This document shows, in pieces, positions 25,510 to 39,476 of a stretch of 64,000 nucleotides of DNA (its first letter is position 1; each line of letters begins with the position of its first letter). The translations under genes and the position numbers were made by a program. The stretch is from Sphyrna mokarran (Eukaryota): positions 124,682,001-124,746,000 of the forward strand of contig JAGIQG010000007.1 in the NCBI GenBank assembly GCA_024679065.1. The letters are read 5' to 3'. The notes beneath the pieces are model-generated. The model did no database searches. It was not told the origin of the DNA and worked only from the letters and a program-made list of their open reading frames with translations.

Positions 25510-28500
25510 AATTACGGTATGAGAAAGCTGCAGATATTAATACACATGGCAAAAAGTTTCAACAAATTGTGTTTTACAGCAAACTTCTAGTTCTGTACTA
25601 TCACACGACTAAAATAATGTGCAGACAGTGAACATAAAGGGGTGAATTTTGGTTCTTAAGCTAATGTAAAAAAGGAATACATTGAATTGAAAGTCTGTGA
25701 TGCTTTTTCTCCTGATTTTAAGTTATTTTACTGATCTGCTTGCCTACAATTTTTATAAACTCATCATCATTATCTAACTGTGACTATACAACATGTCAGA
25801 GTTAACGTAAGATTTCTTCGCTCGATGCTGAGATATAATGCCTAGAATTTCCACAGAGATTCCATTGACCTCTTAACTTTGAGAAGACTGTTGGAACTCG
25901 TACAAAGATTTTACCTGAAGAAGTTTCATTTTCTTTTCAATTGAAATTCTCAATTCACTTTGCTACTTAGGATTTTAAAATTCAATTTTGCAGCCAGCAT
26001 TAACATTTAGATCCATTTATTTTATGGGGCAAATAATCAGAGCACTTCTGCTGTGATAGGATTGAGAAATTTATTTTCATGGGTCTGCAAGGCATGTGTG
26101 GTAAAACCATTCAGCTGATTTACCTTTAATCTCTCATGTTTATGGTTCCTCGTTACGTGACTTGTGGTGTTAATTTGAAAGAAATGGCAAATAGAATTTC
26201 ACAGAATAGGGAAGAATCAAAGTAAGGAAATATTGGTTGTCGATACAATCCGCCATATGCAGTGAAGATAACAATTCGCCCAGATCTCCATATTTGTGCA
26301 TATTGTACACAGCTTGGCAGAGATTTTAACTGCCAGTGGGTTCCTGGCAGGAACTGTTGGTTTCAGCTAGTTTTCGCTTGCCTGCAGAGGCACAAGGCGA
26401 TGGTAATTTTTATTGCCAAGCTTCATTAACCTGCCACCAGCCTCTTGAAAATTGTCCCAATTTCTGGTCACTTGGGAACATATACTTGTACAGTTTGATT
26501 GTGTTGTTGCATTGTCCGTTCAATGAGGCAGGTGAAGGGTTGCTTCAAACTCATCAATTTTTGTGAAAACCTTACTGACCAAAATTTATCAAGATTTGAC
26601 AGAAAATGTTTCAGATCATTTGTATAATCATTGGTGCTATTTAGCATCCTGCTGAGAGCGTTGTTTCCCAAAATTCCTCTGATACACAAGACCTACTCAG
26701 TTAACCCCTAGCAGGTCTAGACTGTGGGAACAAATCTCACAGGAAACGACTCCATTCTTAAATTGGATCAGTCTGAAGTTTTTGTGTTGCCATAGTGCTG
26801 TGGCCATATTCAAATGAACTCAACTGTTCATGATATGAGCAAAGCTTCCATTGTCAGCATTGTTGGGAGTCCGAGTCTTTTAATGTTGTTTACGGTCAAC
26901 TAATTAAAGGTTATTTTATGTTGCAGTTCACGCGAATTTTATTTATATAAATGTTTATGATAGAACAAGCTTTCTAAGAGTTCTTTTTAATCCCTAGTTT
27001 CAAAAGCTTCAGATATGACTGAATATGGAGATGGACCATTTAATTACATCGTGAAGGAAAAGGGTATTGTGGAGCATATTGAGGAACCACGAATAAGTTA
27101 CGATAAGAAAGGAAAAGAGAATTCAGAGTTGTATTGCGTGACCATCACTTGCATCATCTCAAGTGATTAACACTAAGGGCTGCAGTTTATGTACATCTGC
27201 TGGACATGTTTTCGGTTGGGGTGAATATGGAGTGTCATAAAACAGTGGAGTTGCCCACTCCATCACGTGCCTCCCTTTTACTCAAGATACAGTGGTGAGT
27301 GAACATTGAAATCAGCAGGCCACCCTGGGTATCAAAATAAAGAATCATGTACGTGGAACTTGTTCACAAGCCCGTTGACCCCGGCAGTATCCAACCCACA
27401 TTATAACGTGACTGGCATGGGCAAACAGGTGGGAATAGGACAGGCTGCTTTTTAAAAATATATATTTTCAAAAGTTGGTAAGGAATGGAGTGGTGTGGGG
27501 AGGAGGAGAGGTCAGGGGCTGGACGGGGTGGGAGAGGGGGTCAACAAGCTTCCATTCGCCTCCCCTTAATGAGCTGCTCTAATAAAAATGAAAAACATGG
27601 AAAATCAACAGGACATGAACAAAGTTGATCCAGTCAATCATCAATTAACTGTATTGAAGTAAGTCAATCCATACTCTGTTTATTAAATTCATAACATGGG
27701 TTCAATTAATCTGTAATTTAAAAACAAACATTTTTATTGCTACCTATGTTTAATATAATGTAATTAATATTCAATAAAACGTAGATCCATTTATTGAAAA
27801 GAATCACTTGGGTAGATCAACATTACATTTTTTTATGTTTTACTTCATGAGAAAGCTCCAAGTGCAATATAGAGATGTGAGGAAGAACCTTCTGGACCAC
27901 GTGGTGATGAGTTTGGAAGTGGAAGGGCTGGGAAGGTTGAATAAGATTCTGACAGGATGCCTCCCCTCCTCCACCCCCAACCCATTCCCAATGTGGTCCT
28001 GCTCCTGGGAGAATTTCTGAGGGGCAGGCTGCCATTGGAATCAGCAATTTTCTCCAAAGAGCTGTCAGATTGGCAGGCAACCGATAAAATTAAAGCGTCA
28101 ATGAGGGCCCATTTTTCTGACAGTGACTCAAGTTATCCCCAGTGTCACATGCGTCTCCTGCTGTGTCAGGAACTTGGCAACACTTTGTAAGTGGCCAGTC
28201 ACTGGGAAGTCAGAGGGCCATTGGAGGCTCATTGAAATTACACTATCAAGACCTGGCAAGGTTCAAAAAAGTTCAACCGAAGCTGCTGATTTTCTTATGA
28301 AGAACTTTCCCTTCCACCTTGAAGATCCTCAGAGACCTGTTATTTGTGAAGTGAGCTTGGAGCCTTTTAATGTCTCCTTTTTGAGCTAATTCCAGCAGGC
28401 TTGAGCTGCACTCACCTCCTTTGGTGAGGCTACCAGCTGAACATGGAGACTGGGCATGGGGCCTTCCTGTACCACCCAGTGATGGATGGTGAAATGGTGA

Positions 28501-28722
28501 GTGGGCTGCCAAGTGGAGACAGCTTGATGCAGATCTGTGACTTGAACTCATCAAAATTGCTGATGATGGAAATGGGGATGAGATTACAGGATTTGGTTCA
28601 GGCTGCCATTTTTAAATCCTGCCCGATGCAGGTCAGTCTCGCATTATTACTGGCTCCTTATCTCTGACTTTAGCACATTTGTTCGTAGCCCAAAACAAAC
28701 AAAGCTGGAATGTAAAATTAAT

Positions 28723-29744
28723 GGCTGGGAATCTCCCAGCTCGTTGTGCCTCTCAAGTAGCACGGTGAACCAAGTAGAACAGTAAATATCTTTAACTGGA
28801 TTCGAGACCCAGTGTCCACTTTCATCGCCAAGGCCTTTTTATTCAGCGTAATCAGCTCGGCGCTGGAAACCGGAGTGCAGGTGATTACCAGATGGAAATA
28901 GCAATTTCCAGATTGTTAGCAGGATAATTACATGGAAATAGGAGTCTCCAAGTCTTGATGTAAAGATGCTGGCATTGGACTGGGGTAAACACAGTAAGAA
29001 GTCTGATAACATCAGCTCAAATCTAACCGATTTATTTGATAGTAAACTCTCAAGCTTTCGACTCCATGGCATTTGTCAGGCCATAGAGTCGAAAGCTTGC
29101 GAGTTTACTAACAAATAAATTGGTTGGATTTAAACCTGGTGTTGTCAGACTTCTTACTGAGTCTCCGAGTCTGCCAGCATCTTTCCTGTCCCTCCACTGC
29201 TGGAAGAAGTTCCCAGCAGCAGGATTAACAACTGCTCCACACTAACGTTGAACAGGCATCCTCATCCCAATGTGGGAGGCAGAGGCAATTGAGACTCTCC
29301 CAGGAGGATGGAGGGAAAGGGGAAGATGTCCCCTGGGCAGTGCAAGCCTGGCACCTTGGCACTTCCCATTGGATGCCACTAAGGGGACAGGAGACATTGG
29401 GAGGTGGGGCTTATTGGAAGGATTAATCAGTGATAGAGGCAGGGGACCCACTGCCACTCTGCGAAAGGATTGGTGGGGGAGGGAATGAGTGGACGATTGG
29501 GGCTGGGGCAGGGGGGATGCAGAGCAGAACTGGCCGTGGTGGGGAGAGTAGAGATCAACAAGGCTGGCTGGTAAGGTCCAGTAAGCCAATGATTGGGGGC
29601 AGGGAGGGATGTCGGGAATGCTGGCAATCGAGGGTGTGTCGGGAGACCAGTGATTGGGCGTATGGGGGGCGTGGAGAGGAGGCAAGTGTTCTCCCCGTTT
29701 TCTTGTACGTTGAGCACTTGGGTTTTTTTGGGAGAATCTCAACC
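28723..29744. mobile_element. TIR-bounded non-autonomous DNA transposon (PIF/Harbinger-type) with 3-bp TSD
   Basis: Left ggctgggaatctccc versus reverse-complemented right end ggttgagattctccc; aat on both flanks. Hosts a PLE fold-back insertion. Confidence 0.65.
28956..29159 (-). mobile_element. Fold-back Penelope-like pLTR insertion
   Basis: Inverted arms 28992-29070 and 29080-29159, plus a ~37-nt unpaired tail. TSD gagtctcc(a/g)agtct at 28942-28955 and 29159-29172. Decayed hammerhead cctgacaaatgccatggagtcgaaagc on the minus strand. Confidence 0.8.
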
Positions 29745-31056
29745 AATGTTTTCTTCTATTCTGCTGTGATGCAATGAAGTACATCTTATTAAATCAAGGG
29801 ACAGCATGTTTGGATTTAACAACAGAGATGTGACAGGAATCAGACATTGCATGATTTTCTTTTGACGCAAAAAAAACTGAATCAACGATGGGCCACAGAG
29901 TGAGCCAGCTTTTGCAATTGAAGTGCATCCTGAATAAGCATATCAGTGCAGACCGTCACAGAGTAGAATTAGAGGAATGCAAAAAACCAGTGCTAGTCAC
30001 AGTTTCTTGGGATAATCTAATAGATTGTCATCTCGTTTGATCTTTTTGTAGTTCCCAGAAACACTGCAACTGTTTACAATGGATTGCAGTTCATATTTGA
30101 TGTGACTTATTTTTTCAATAGTTGATGCATAAAATGCTTGTATAGAAATTTGTTTTGCTTGCGCAAGTATTTCAGCACATCCTGTTTGATTGACAGCAAA
30201 CTGTAACAGCTCCCTTCTACTTATTCCCCAGAGGAAGGTCTGACAATTAGCACTGAAACTGCCAAGGAAAAGAAAACGCTCCTCCAACTGAAGATGAATA
30301 AAAAATAAATCTCACTTTGTTGAGAAGAAATAATGAAATGAATGCATGAATTAGCATGTTTGAGCAAATATTGGTTTGTCTTATTTAAAAAATATTGTAC
30401 TCTGAAGGTCTCTTTTAAATCAAAAATTGATACATCGTGCATTTTTGATATTACTTCATATGAACACACTCGGGCACCTAATGAATTCATTTTGCAAAAT
30501 GGTTTGTGTTCATCAAGGATGACAAAACTGGTGAACAGAATACATTTGCAATTTCGAGCACCCAGCAGTGGCCTTGAGGTGAATTACTTCATTGTCTTTC
30601 AATATCAGAAATGCAAAAAGCAAGAGATTAAATCAAACAAAGGAAGCAGTCTACATTCAACAGGTTTATCCAATGAAAGTTGAATCTTATCTACTCTCTG
30701 TAAGTGGCTGGCTTTTGATTGGAATAGTTCATTTGGCTGAGAGTGGGGAACATTTTTCAGAGTTTGGATTCCTTGGGAACACTGATGAAAATGTACAGAT
30801 GTCAAGATTAGACTTGCCTATGTTAACTCCTGCACTTGAATAGTATATCAATATATGGGTCAAAGCAACATTGCCATTGTATTGGTGCTCTGTATCCATG
30901 GAACAGGAGACAAACCTTTGTGATGCAAAAGGCAACCATTTTTAAGTTTTTTTTTCAAAGCTGTGAATACTGTCCAAGCATGTCTAATATATTTGATAGT
31001 GTCACTATAAGCTTGATTGCAGTAAATACTAAGAAACTGATTGCAACATCATAACA

Positions 31057-33095
31057 GGGGAAGCAATGGCACGGTAGTATTACTGCAGTGGTATTGTCAC
31101 TGGATAAATAATCCAGAGACCTAGGGTAGATCCAGGTTCAAATCCTACCACAGTCTAACTAAAAGCCTTCTGATGACCATGAGACCTTTGTCTATTCTCG
31201 TAAAGACCCATCTAGTTCAATAAAAGTTCACTCCAGACCCACAGCAACGTTCTCCTGAATGCCTCTGAAATGGCCGAGCAAACCACTCATTTGTATCAAA
31301 CCACGAAAAACAAGTCAAAAAGGAATCAAATCGAACAGACAAACCAGCAGAGACTGAGGCAATGAAATAACAATAGTCCCGTTAACACTGCAAAGCTTTC
31401 CTCCCTAACGTCTGGGGGCTTGTATGAAAATGGAAGAGCAGTTCCACAGACCAGTGGGACAACAGATTATCTTACTGATTACTTTACAAATTATGTCCCC
31501 GATACGATTCTACACACAGTCGAGATAGCAGCAGAGTGGTATACAATCAGGAGAGAATTACTCTTGGAGTTCTCAACATCAACACTGGATCCCAAAAAGT
31601 CTTATGGTACATGGGGAAAAAAGTAAGCAAAACCCCTGCAGCATCACTACAGAATGAGCTGGTTAAATCCTAAAGGATGTAGCTGCTGGACTGGGACTGT
31701 GGCAATTGATGAGGGAACCAACAAGAGACAAAACTATGTTTGATCTCATCTTCACCGACCTTTTTGAATGTATCTATCCTGGACAGAATTGACAAAAGTG
31801 ACAATTGCAGAGTCCTTGTGGAGACAAACGCCCGTATTTACACACTGACAATACTCTCCATTGGGTTTTGTGACTCTACTACCGCATTAAATAAATTAGA
31901 TCTCAAACAGATCTAGCAGCTGAAGACTGGACAGCCTTGAGGTGCTGTGGACCATCAACAGCAATACACGACTACAATCCAAACTCATGAACTAACATTT
32001 CCCCCACTCTAACATTACCACCAAACCAGGGATTCAACACTGGCTCAATGAAGAGTGCAGGAGGGTAGGCCAATAGCAACACTATAAAAATAGCACATCC
32101 TGAAATGTGGTGTGAACCCATACAACTCAGGATTATTTGCATTCTAATCAGCATAAAGAGTAAGTGATTCCACAACCAATGGATCAGATCTAAGCTCTGC
32201 AGTCCTACCACATCCAGTCATTAATGGTGGTAGACAACTGAACAGCTCAGTAGAAGAGGAGGCTACACAAATATCCTCATCCTCAATGATAGCGTGGCTT
32301 ATCAGTGCAAAAGATAATACTTGTGACAACCTTCAGCCAGAAGTTCCAAATGGATGATCCATCTTTGTCTCCTCTGGTCATCCCCAGCACCACACATATC
32401 AGTCATCAGCCACTTTGATTTCCTTTGCATGATATGAAGAAGCAGTGGAGGGCACTGCATACTGGAAAGGTTATGGGCACTTACAATATCCTGGCAACAG
32501 TACGAAAGACTTGTGTTCCAGAATTTCCCACGCTCCTAACCAAGCTATTCCAATCCAGCTACGATATCTATCCAGCAATGTGGAAATTATCCAGTTACAT
32601 CCTGCACATACGCAGCAGGACTAATTCAATCTGGTTAATTACTGCTCCATCACCAACTCTTGATTATCAGTAAAGTGATGGAAGGGATCATGGGCAGTGC
32701 CATCAAATAGCACCTGCTCAGCAATAACCTACTCAGTGAGGCCCAGTTTGGGTTCAGTCAGGGTCACACAGTTCCTGACCTCAAACATGGACAAAGGAGC
32801 TGAATTCCAGAGCTGAAGTGAGGGTGACAGCCCTGAACATCAAGGCTACGTTTGGCTGAGTGTAGTATCAAGGAATCGATCAAAACTGGAATCCAAGGGT
32901 GTCAGGGGTAAACTCCCTGCTGGTTAGTGGCAAACTTGGCACTTAAGGTTATAGGGCATCAATCATCTCAGTTCCATGATATTCCTGCAGGAGTCCCTCA
33001 GGGTTGTGTCCGAGACTCAACCATCAGCTGCTTCATCAATGACCTTCCCTCCGTGATAAGGTCAAAGTGTAGATACTTACTGATGATGGCACCAG
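31057..33095 (+). mobile_element. Decayed CR1-group LINE (APE plus RT) with a tRNA-like 5' head
   Basis: B-box GGTTCAAATCC at 31135-31145. Endonuclease-start-like NVWGL (~31405). RT motifs QFGF (~32745), ALNIKATF (~32830), AGVPQGCV..SCFINDLPS (ORF 32927-33112) and a DD remnant at ~33082. Many frameshifts. Confidence 0.75.
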
Positions 33096-33254
33096 GCTGT
33101 TTAAGGATTTAAGGTTTCTATTGTAATTAAATAATTGTAGAATAATATAGCACAGAAGAGGATATTTGATCCATTACGCATTTGTTCTTTGAAAAATCTA
33201 TCGAAATCATTCTCCCATCCTTCGGGGAAAATGTCAGAATTCTCTCCCGATGCT

Positions 33255-33556
33255 GGAGGCACAGTGGTGAGCACTGTTCTGTCACAGTGCCAGGTATCCA
33301 GGTTCAATTCCCAGCTATCACAATCTGCACGGAGTCTGTATGTTCTCCCCATGTCTGCATGGGTTTTTTCCAGGTGCTCGAGTTTCCTTCCACAGTCCAA
33401 AAGATGTGCTGGGTTAGTGCATTGGCCATGCTAAATTCTCCCTCGGTATACTTGAACCAAGTGCCGGAGTGGCAGCAACTAAGAGATTTTCACAGTAACT
33501 TCGTTGCAGTGTTTATTTAAGCCTACTTGTGTCACTAATCAATAAACTTTAAACTT
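33255..33556 (+). mobile_element. HE1-type V-SINE, alternative-tail subfamily, inserted in a short MITE (~33232-33608)
   Basis: Head ggcacagtggtgagcactg, HE1 body, and tail gcctacttgtgtcactaatcaataaacttt. Flanks gtcagaattctc and aatattcagccc are TIR-like. Confidence 0.85.
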
Positions 33557-33859
33557 CACTAGCATTTTGTGGAGCTTCCTATCTCGATGGGCTGGTAATA
33601 TTCAGCCCAAGATGTCAGGTTAAGCCAAACCAGTAATTTATAACACTGTTGTGTATTTTAAATGCTTTTGTATTTTATACTTCAATTTGTGAAACTAAAG
33701 ATTCTGTTTATATTTAAGTCGTGCTCCATAATTTTAGTAGCATCTTACATATTTTGCTCTGGTCAGGTCGAGTTAAACTCTCTCCAAATTGTTTGTAGCT
33801 AAAATATTAAACTGTCTTTTCAGATGTGAATTGGCTTGCTGTATATTTTCCACACTTTG

Positions 33860-34235
33860 CAATTGCTTGTCCCATTTGATACTGGCAGCTGATGTTTGCC
33901 GAAGCATTTCATTTATGCTTCTCAACTTGTCCTGCTCCCTTCAAGTATCTGTGTACATACACCCTCGGGTCTCTTTGTTCCTGCACCTCCTTTCAAACTG
34001 CACCATTTAGTTCATATTACCACCCCTCATTCTTCCTAATAAAATGCATCACTTCACATTTCTCTGCATTGCATTTCATCTGCCATGTGGCTGCCCAATT
34101 CACCAATCTGTTTCGATCCTCCTGAAGTCTGTTGCTATCCGTTTTCTTGTTCACTGCATTTCCAAGTTTAGTGCCATCTGCTAAATTTGAAATGATGCCC
34201 TGTCGAAGTCCAGATCGCTAACATGTGTCAAAATG
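33860..34235 (-). mobile_element. Old CR1 RT fragment
   Basis: aaaatgcatcacttcacatttctctgcattg..atctgcca..tttagtgccatctgctaaattt is the reverse complement of KF.ADxTKL..WQM..N.EKCEVMHF. Confidence 0.7.
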
Positions 34236-34875
34236 TTCAGTGCTCTGAACAATGTGTGAATAATCTTGCAACGAGAAAGAAATTTCAGTGGGCTGCATTG
34301 ATTTTGGCTATTGGTCAAGACGGTTAACATCAATAGTCGGGCAGTAGTCACCCTGTTCGCCACATCTATTGCAGTCCCCACTATTTTTAATAGTGTCCAC
34401 TTATGGACGGCTGAAATACAAGTTGGTTTTGGTCGTCTTAATGTGCAGGACGTATCTAGTGAGATTCATCTGCATTGTTGAAGAAAACTAGTATGAGAAA
34501 GCCCTCTAATCAGTTCCACAGGTGGAAATACTGAAAAAGGAATTTTAATGGAGTCGGAATGCCCCTTCAGCCCACCAGAATCCATCATTGTGTGATCATG
34601 CTTTTCCTATGTGGTGATTGTCCCTTTAAGGCAACAAGCAGTGTAAGCGTCACCTGGTTTGGATGACCAGTTGGAACTTGGGATGGGGTAAGCAGCCCAG
34701 TGAGTGGGACCCTCGAAGGCAGCAGACACATATGAAGCCAGGTACAGGCCTGAGGCTACCGTTTTCTGCTTAAATCCCTTTTTGTATTCACAAATCAATT
34801 GAAAGTGCATCGTTACACTCTGCCTACAGCTATCGGCATGGTATCGCTAAATCTGAATCTGCCAAGCTGAACCAG

Positions 34876-34995
34876 TAAGAAGTCTCCAAGAAGATTGCGC
34901 ATATCGACACAGGCATCAAGTTTTTGCAGAGATACAAGAAAGCAGATTGACTTCTTACTATGTTTACTCCACTCCAATTCCGGCATCTCCACATC
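34876..34995 (+). mobile_element. Chimeric Penelope-like mini-insertion
   Basis: TSD aa(g/a)ctgaaccag at 34864-34875 and 34996-35007. Contains a short inverted arm agtaagaagtc, a 63-nt open frame SKKIAHIDTGIKFLQRYKKAD, and the pLTR end gacttcttact..ggcatctccacatca. Confidence 0.7.
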
Positions 34996-36255
34996 AAACT
35001 GAACCAGGGCAGGCGTCTCTTCTGAACCATTCAAAAGGTGCTCCCACACCTTTGCCAGCTGACCTGTTAACCGTCCACATGTCAAAACAGACCCCTTTCA
35101 AGATAGATCAGGGCAGGCTGGTGACAAAGCGAAAGAGAAGAAAGAAAAAGGTTGAAGCTGGGTGATGACATTTTCCAAATAGTATCGTTGTATGAGGCAC
35201 AACTGAGAAAGAGGTCTCAATCTAGGAATGGATCTTTTTGATTCAATTTTATTTTTATGCACTGTTTACCATTGTTCAATATGTATGCAAATGCTAGATT
35301 AGAGTTTTAAAACAACAGAAATTAATTCATTGATATTTTTCAATTTAGTCCATGCATATAAAACTACCTTTTTGTAAATTAGCCAGTGTCCAATTTTCAT
35401 TTCCATTGAAATCAATGCCAGGATGACTATTACAAGAATTTAGCATAATTAAAAGATTAAACAAGACTGTGGAAAATATAAGGCAATTTAATTTTTTTTT
35501 AAGGTAGATGTAACTGCAAATTAAGGGAATTAGTGCAATTGTAAAGATTTTTTTGGGAATAAGGAGGCTCAATCTGCAAATGAAAAGAAAGCTGAAAGGG
35601 ACATTAAGGCGGCTTATTATAAGATGTAAATGAGAATGATAAGAGGGATCATTTTGACTTTGGATGACCATAAAAATGGATGATAGCAATTCAACAGCCC
35701 GTGGAAGTCGATTCAAATGAAAATCAAGGAGATGTGAGATGAACAAATAGTTGATTCAATATCACCAGATTTACACTGTCATTCAAAATCAAACTTACTC
35801 ACATGGGCTTTTATAAATGCAAAAATAAAAAGATGGTTAAAGAAAGAATGAATTTTATACATGAAGGGGGACATTGTTTTGTATTTAAGTTTAATGGGAT
35901 GGCCAAGAGCTTAATGTGTGTGTGGCCTTAATTCGAATATAGTTAATTAAAATGAGATTGTGCATGTACCAGTGGCTGCTGTAAATACTGCAGTGGAAAG
36001 AATGACTCATTTGGACTACATACGGAAATGCCCCAACTTTCAATCCCAATGGCATGGATCTTATTGTTCTGAAGGAAGTTGAGACTAAGTAAAAAAATCT
36101 TCCCAAAATGGAAGTTTCATTGTGGAACAGGAGGATAGAAAATGCTAATTGTTGCTGAAATGAGGGGGGTAGGAGGAAGCCAGGTATTTATAGGCCAGCT
36201 CGCTTTATACCCATCATGAGTAATATGCTGGGGCTGGAATTTTTGTCCCTGTATG

Positions 36256-36635
36256 ATGTACAGACAGTTACATGTGTAAGATTGGAATCAGAGTGATATG
36301 GGTCAAATGTAAGGAATTGGGACTTCCTTAATGGTAAAAACTGGGTGGCACGGACAAGCTGGGTCAAAGGGCCTTTTTCCATGCTGTAAACCTCTACGAC
36401 ACTTAGAATATTCCGTTTAACTGGGTCAAACTCTTTATCTACCCGGAAACTGGGTAGAGTCTGGGACTTGCTATCACGTGGAGCAGTTGCGGCAAATAAC
36501 ACAGGCACGTGGAGGGGAAGATAGATAAGTACATGAGGGAGAAAGGAATAGAAAGATCAGTTGAGTAAGTTGAATGAGAGAAGGTTTAAAAACAGCAGTA
36601 AAGGTCAATTGAGCAAGCAGTCAGTTTCTATATAG
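36256..36635 (+). mobile_element. Two adjacent CR1 3'-end fragments
   Basis: Tail gggcctttttccatgctgtaaacctcta (~36370-36397), followed by an older CR1 3' region. Confidence 0.65.
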
Positions 36636-39476
36636 TTCCACATTTGTCATAGGCCAAGGCTACAGCCTGAAGCCAAGTAAAGGAGATGACCCTGCTGGCT
36701 CTGGCCCACAGAATTTGAGGAGATTGAGAATGTTTAAGAAATAATTGTTTCCCATTGGAAAAGTGGTAATAAAAAATTGATGGTGGCAAAAATGGACCTA
36801 AAGCACTGCTGGTTCCAGCAATTCTGATGATCTAAGAGGCACATGTGGATGGGGGGGACATGGACAGGGTGGGGCAGAGGTTGGGGAGGGAGAATGCAGG
36901 AATGGGAAGACCTTTGGCAAGATCCTCTCGTGGCATAGGGGACCAATAAAGATGGCACACCAGTGAGGCCTGCTGGATTGGATACTTGGCCTCCCTGCCA
37001 CAGTTAACATTGTGGCAGTGATTGGAAGAGGCCCTTAATGTCACTGAATATGGGCAGTTGAGGGCCTCTTCCAGAGGCCATGAGCATTTTATCGGCAGTA
37101 GGTGGCCGTGCATGGGGAGACAGCCTGTTGAATCATGGCAGCTGTCCTGTGTGCTCAGGAGCAAGGCCTTCTGGAATGGGCACTCTATGGACCATGCAAG
37201 GGCCCCTCGGCAGCAATTGCTGTGCCATCACCAACTATCTCCCTGCCTTCTGCTCGCTGAGGCCTATCTGACTGGCAGACATTCCCTCCCAGCTGACTGC
37301 AATCGCAACATTGGCCACCATTCCTTGTGGAATTGCTGGGATTAAAGGGCTGTTTATTCTGTAGAAAGATGGGCTGTGATTCTCCCATTCCTGCTGCGCT
37401 TGTATTTTAGTATAGTAGGCTGAGAGATTGTTGTGTTGGCCGATTCATGGGTTTGCGTGAGCGTTCACTCCCCGCTTGTGTCTCCCAGTGCCGGATTTCC
37501 AATGATATCCACTTTGTGGCGGAAATCAGTGGGGAGGCGCAAAGTCCTTTTACATGGTCATTGAAATAGAATTTAAATATGACTAGCATCCCCCACCCTG
37601 CCAGAGTATTTCACTCCTGCAGGGATTACTGTAGAACCCCCAACTTTGGGGAGTTGGCAACCCAATCCCACTGGAGTGAAAGGAACTGGCAATCAGAGCT
37701 CCTCAGAGAGTTGGCTGGGGAAGGGGGGAATGCCTCATAGGCATTGACACACTGGCACTGCCATAGGGTCAAAGTGCCAATGTCCAGGAAGCACCTTGGC
37801 TTTGCCCATCGGGTCGCAACCCTCCACAATTTCAGCCTAAGATGTTTGGTGTGACCATAAAATGGGCTTGTGGAATCAATTGAATAAGTTGACAGATGCA
37901 GACATCATTAGACACGAGGGAGAAATTCAACAATGATTGGTGGCACATATCAGTGTCACCAGATTGAGGGAAGAGACATAAATACGTATAAAACTTAGTT
38001 GAATGAGCCTGAGGCACGAGTGAAGAATAACAGCAGTCATTTGGCCCATCAAGCCCATGTCTTTCATTAACCAAATTACATTTTCACCAGCATGAGTTTT
38101 ATCTAAGTCTTGCATACTCCCAAAGGTGTGATGTTGATCCTCAGGTTCATTTCATGATCAACTCTTCACAGTTGCGAGTGGTGCTCAGAGAGAGCTATCT
38201 TGAGATCTTCTGCTACCTTAATTTTGCGTTCATTAAAATTTAAGCTCTGAGAATCCTTTCAAGTTGCAATCTAGCCTTTGATATTAGCTCTCACAAGGTG
38301 AGCGTTGACATCAAAGTTGTGGCTTCATCTTGAAAGAATTCCCAAAACAGGGTTTATATTTTAAGCTTAACTTCAGTTCTGTCTCGGGATCTGAACTGTG
38401 TGGCTGGAAGTTCACATGTTCTTTAGCATCAAAAACTATATAAAAAAAAAATACAATTCACCCAAGAATTCTACCTCTGATCCAGCTGTGCAAGAAATCT
38501 TTTCTGGAAAGGATAATATAACCCTTTATGAACTGACCTAATCTTCATCATTTTTGCTGTGTTGTATGCATTTGTTTTCATATTCAACCTGTGAATAAGT
38601 TTGACTAAAAGCTTTAACTCGAAGACTTCCCTCAGTGGCAGGTTTACAGGCAAAGACCCATAAAATTCCTTGGGTGGCCTTCCTCCTGGTCTCCCCAGAT
38701 TTATCTTCACTTTAACAAGGGGCAAGTAAAGTTTAGGATGGCCCTTGCTTCCCTTATGCCTTTAGTAGCCGATCATTGGTCTCTTAAGGGCTGCTTTGCA
38801 CCCCCCCCCCCCACCGTCTCAATTTTGAGGCTGATAAGAGGGTGTCGGGGTAAGGGAATATTGTGGCTTTACCCAGGTTGACTAGTTGCTGGGAAGGGAG
38901 AATTGGAGTATCTCTCAAAACCCCCTTTCTAAATCCAGCTCTGTCCTTTCCCTTACAGTACGGTTCTGTACTGTACTGTAGGTTCTCCCTTCTCCTTGGC
39001 TTTCTTATCAAGACCTCCACCCTCCAGGCCTTCCCACTGCTGGAACTAAATAGGGACTGGCCAATCTGATTGGTTGCAAGCTTTAAGAGGTGGGACTTGG
39101 GTCCAAGTGAGGAGCAAGCGTGGCCAGCGATTATAATCCTTGGTGTCAAAACTTCCTTTATATAAATCTCCCATGAAACACCTTGGGATATTTTATGATG
39201 TTAAAGGCGCTGTACCGATGCAAATGCTTGCTGTTCAAGATGTTTGGAGAGTGAGTTCTGTCTTTATTCAAAACGATAAGTGATAAAATGACAAATGAAA
39301 CACGAGTTCTATGTGATGCACTGCTAAGTATAGTGATTTCTGTAATTATCAGTAAAAAGATTTTCATAGAGAAATCATTCTGATAATTTTCAAAAATTAC
39401 AATATTTGAAAACCAAGTACATTTACGGATTAATTGTTCAGATTTGTTTCAGGTAAGGATTTCCTTTTGTTCTTTT

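Noticed and set aside
29242-29784. 180-aa ORF, one of the longest in the window
   Set aside because: Lies in the GC-rich interior of a TIR element, is Pro/Ser-biased, and has no domain motifs.
30221-30300. Minus-strand acceptor followed by signal-peptide-like WRSVFFSLAVSVLIVRPSSGE
   Set aside because: No canonical donor before the stop and no recognisable homology.
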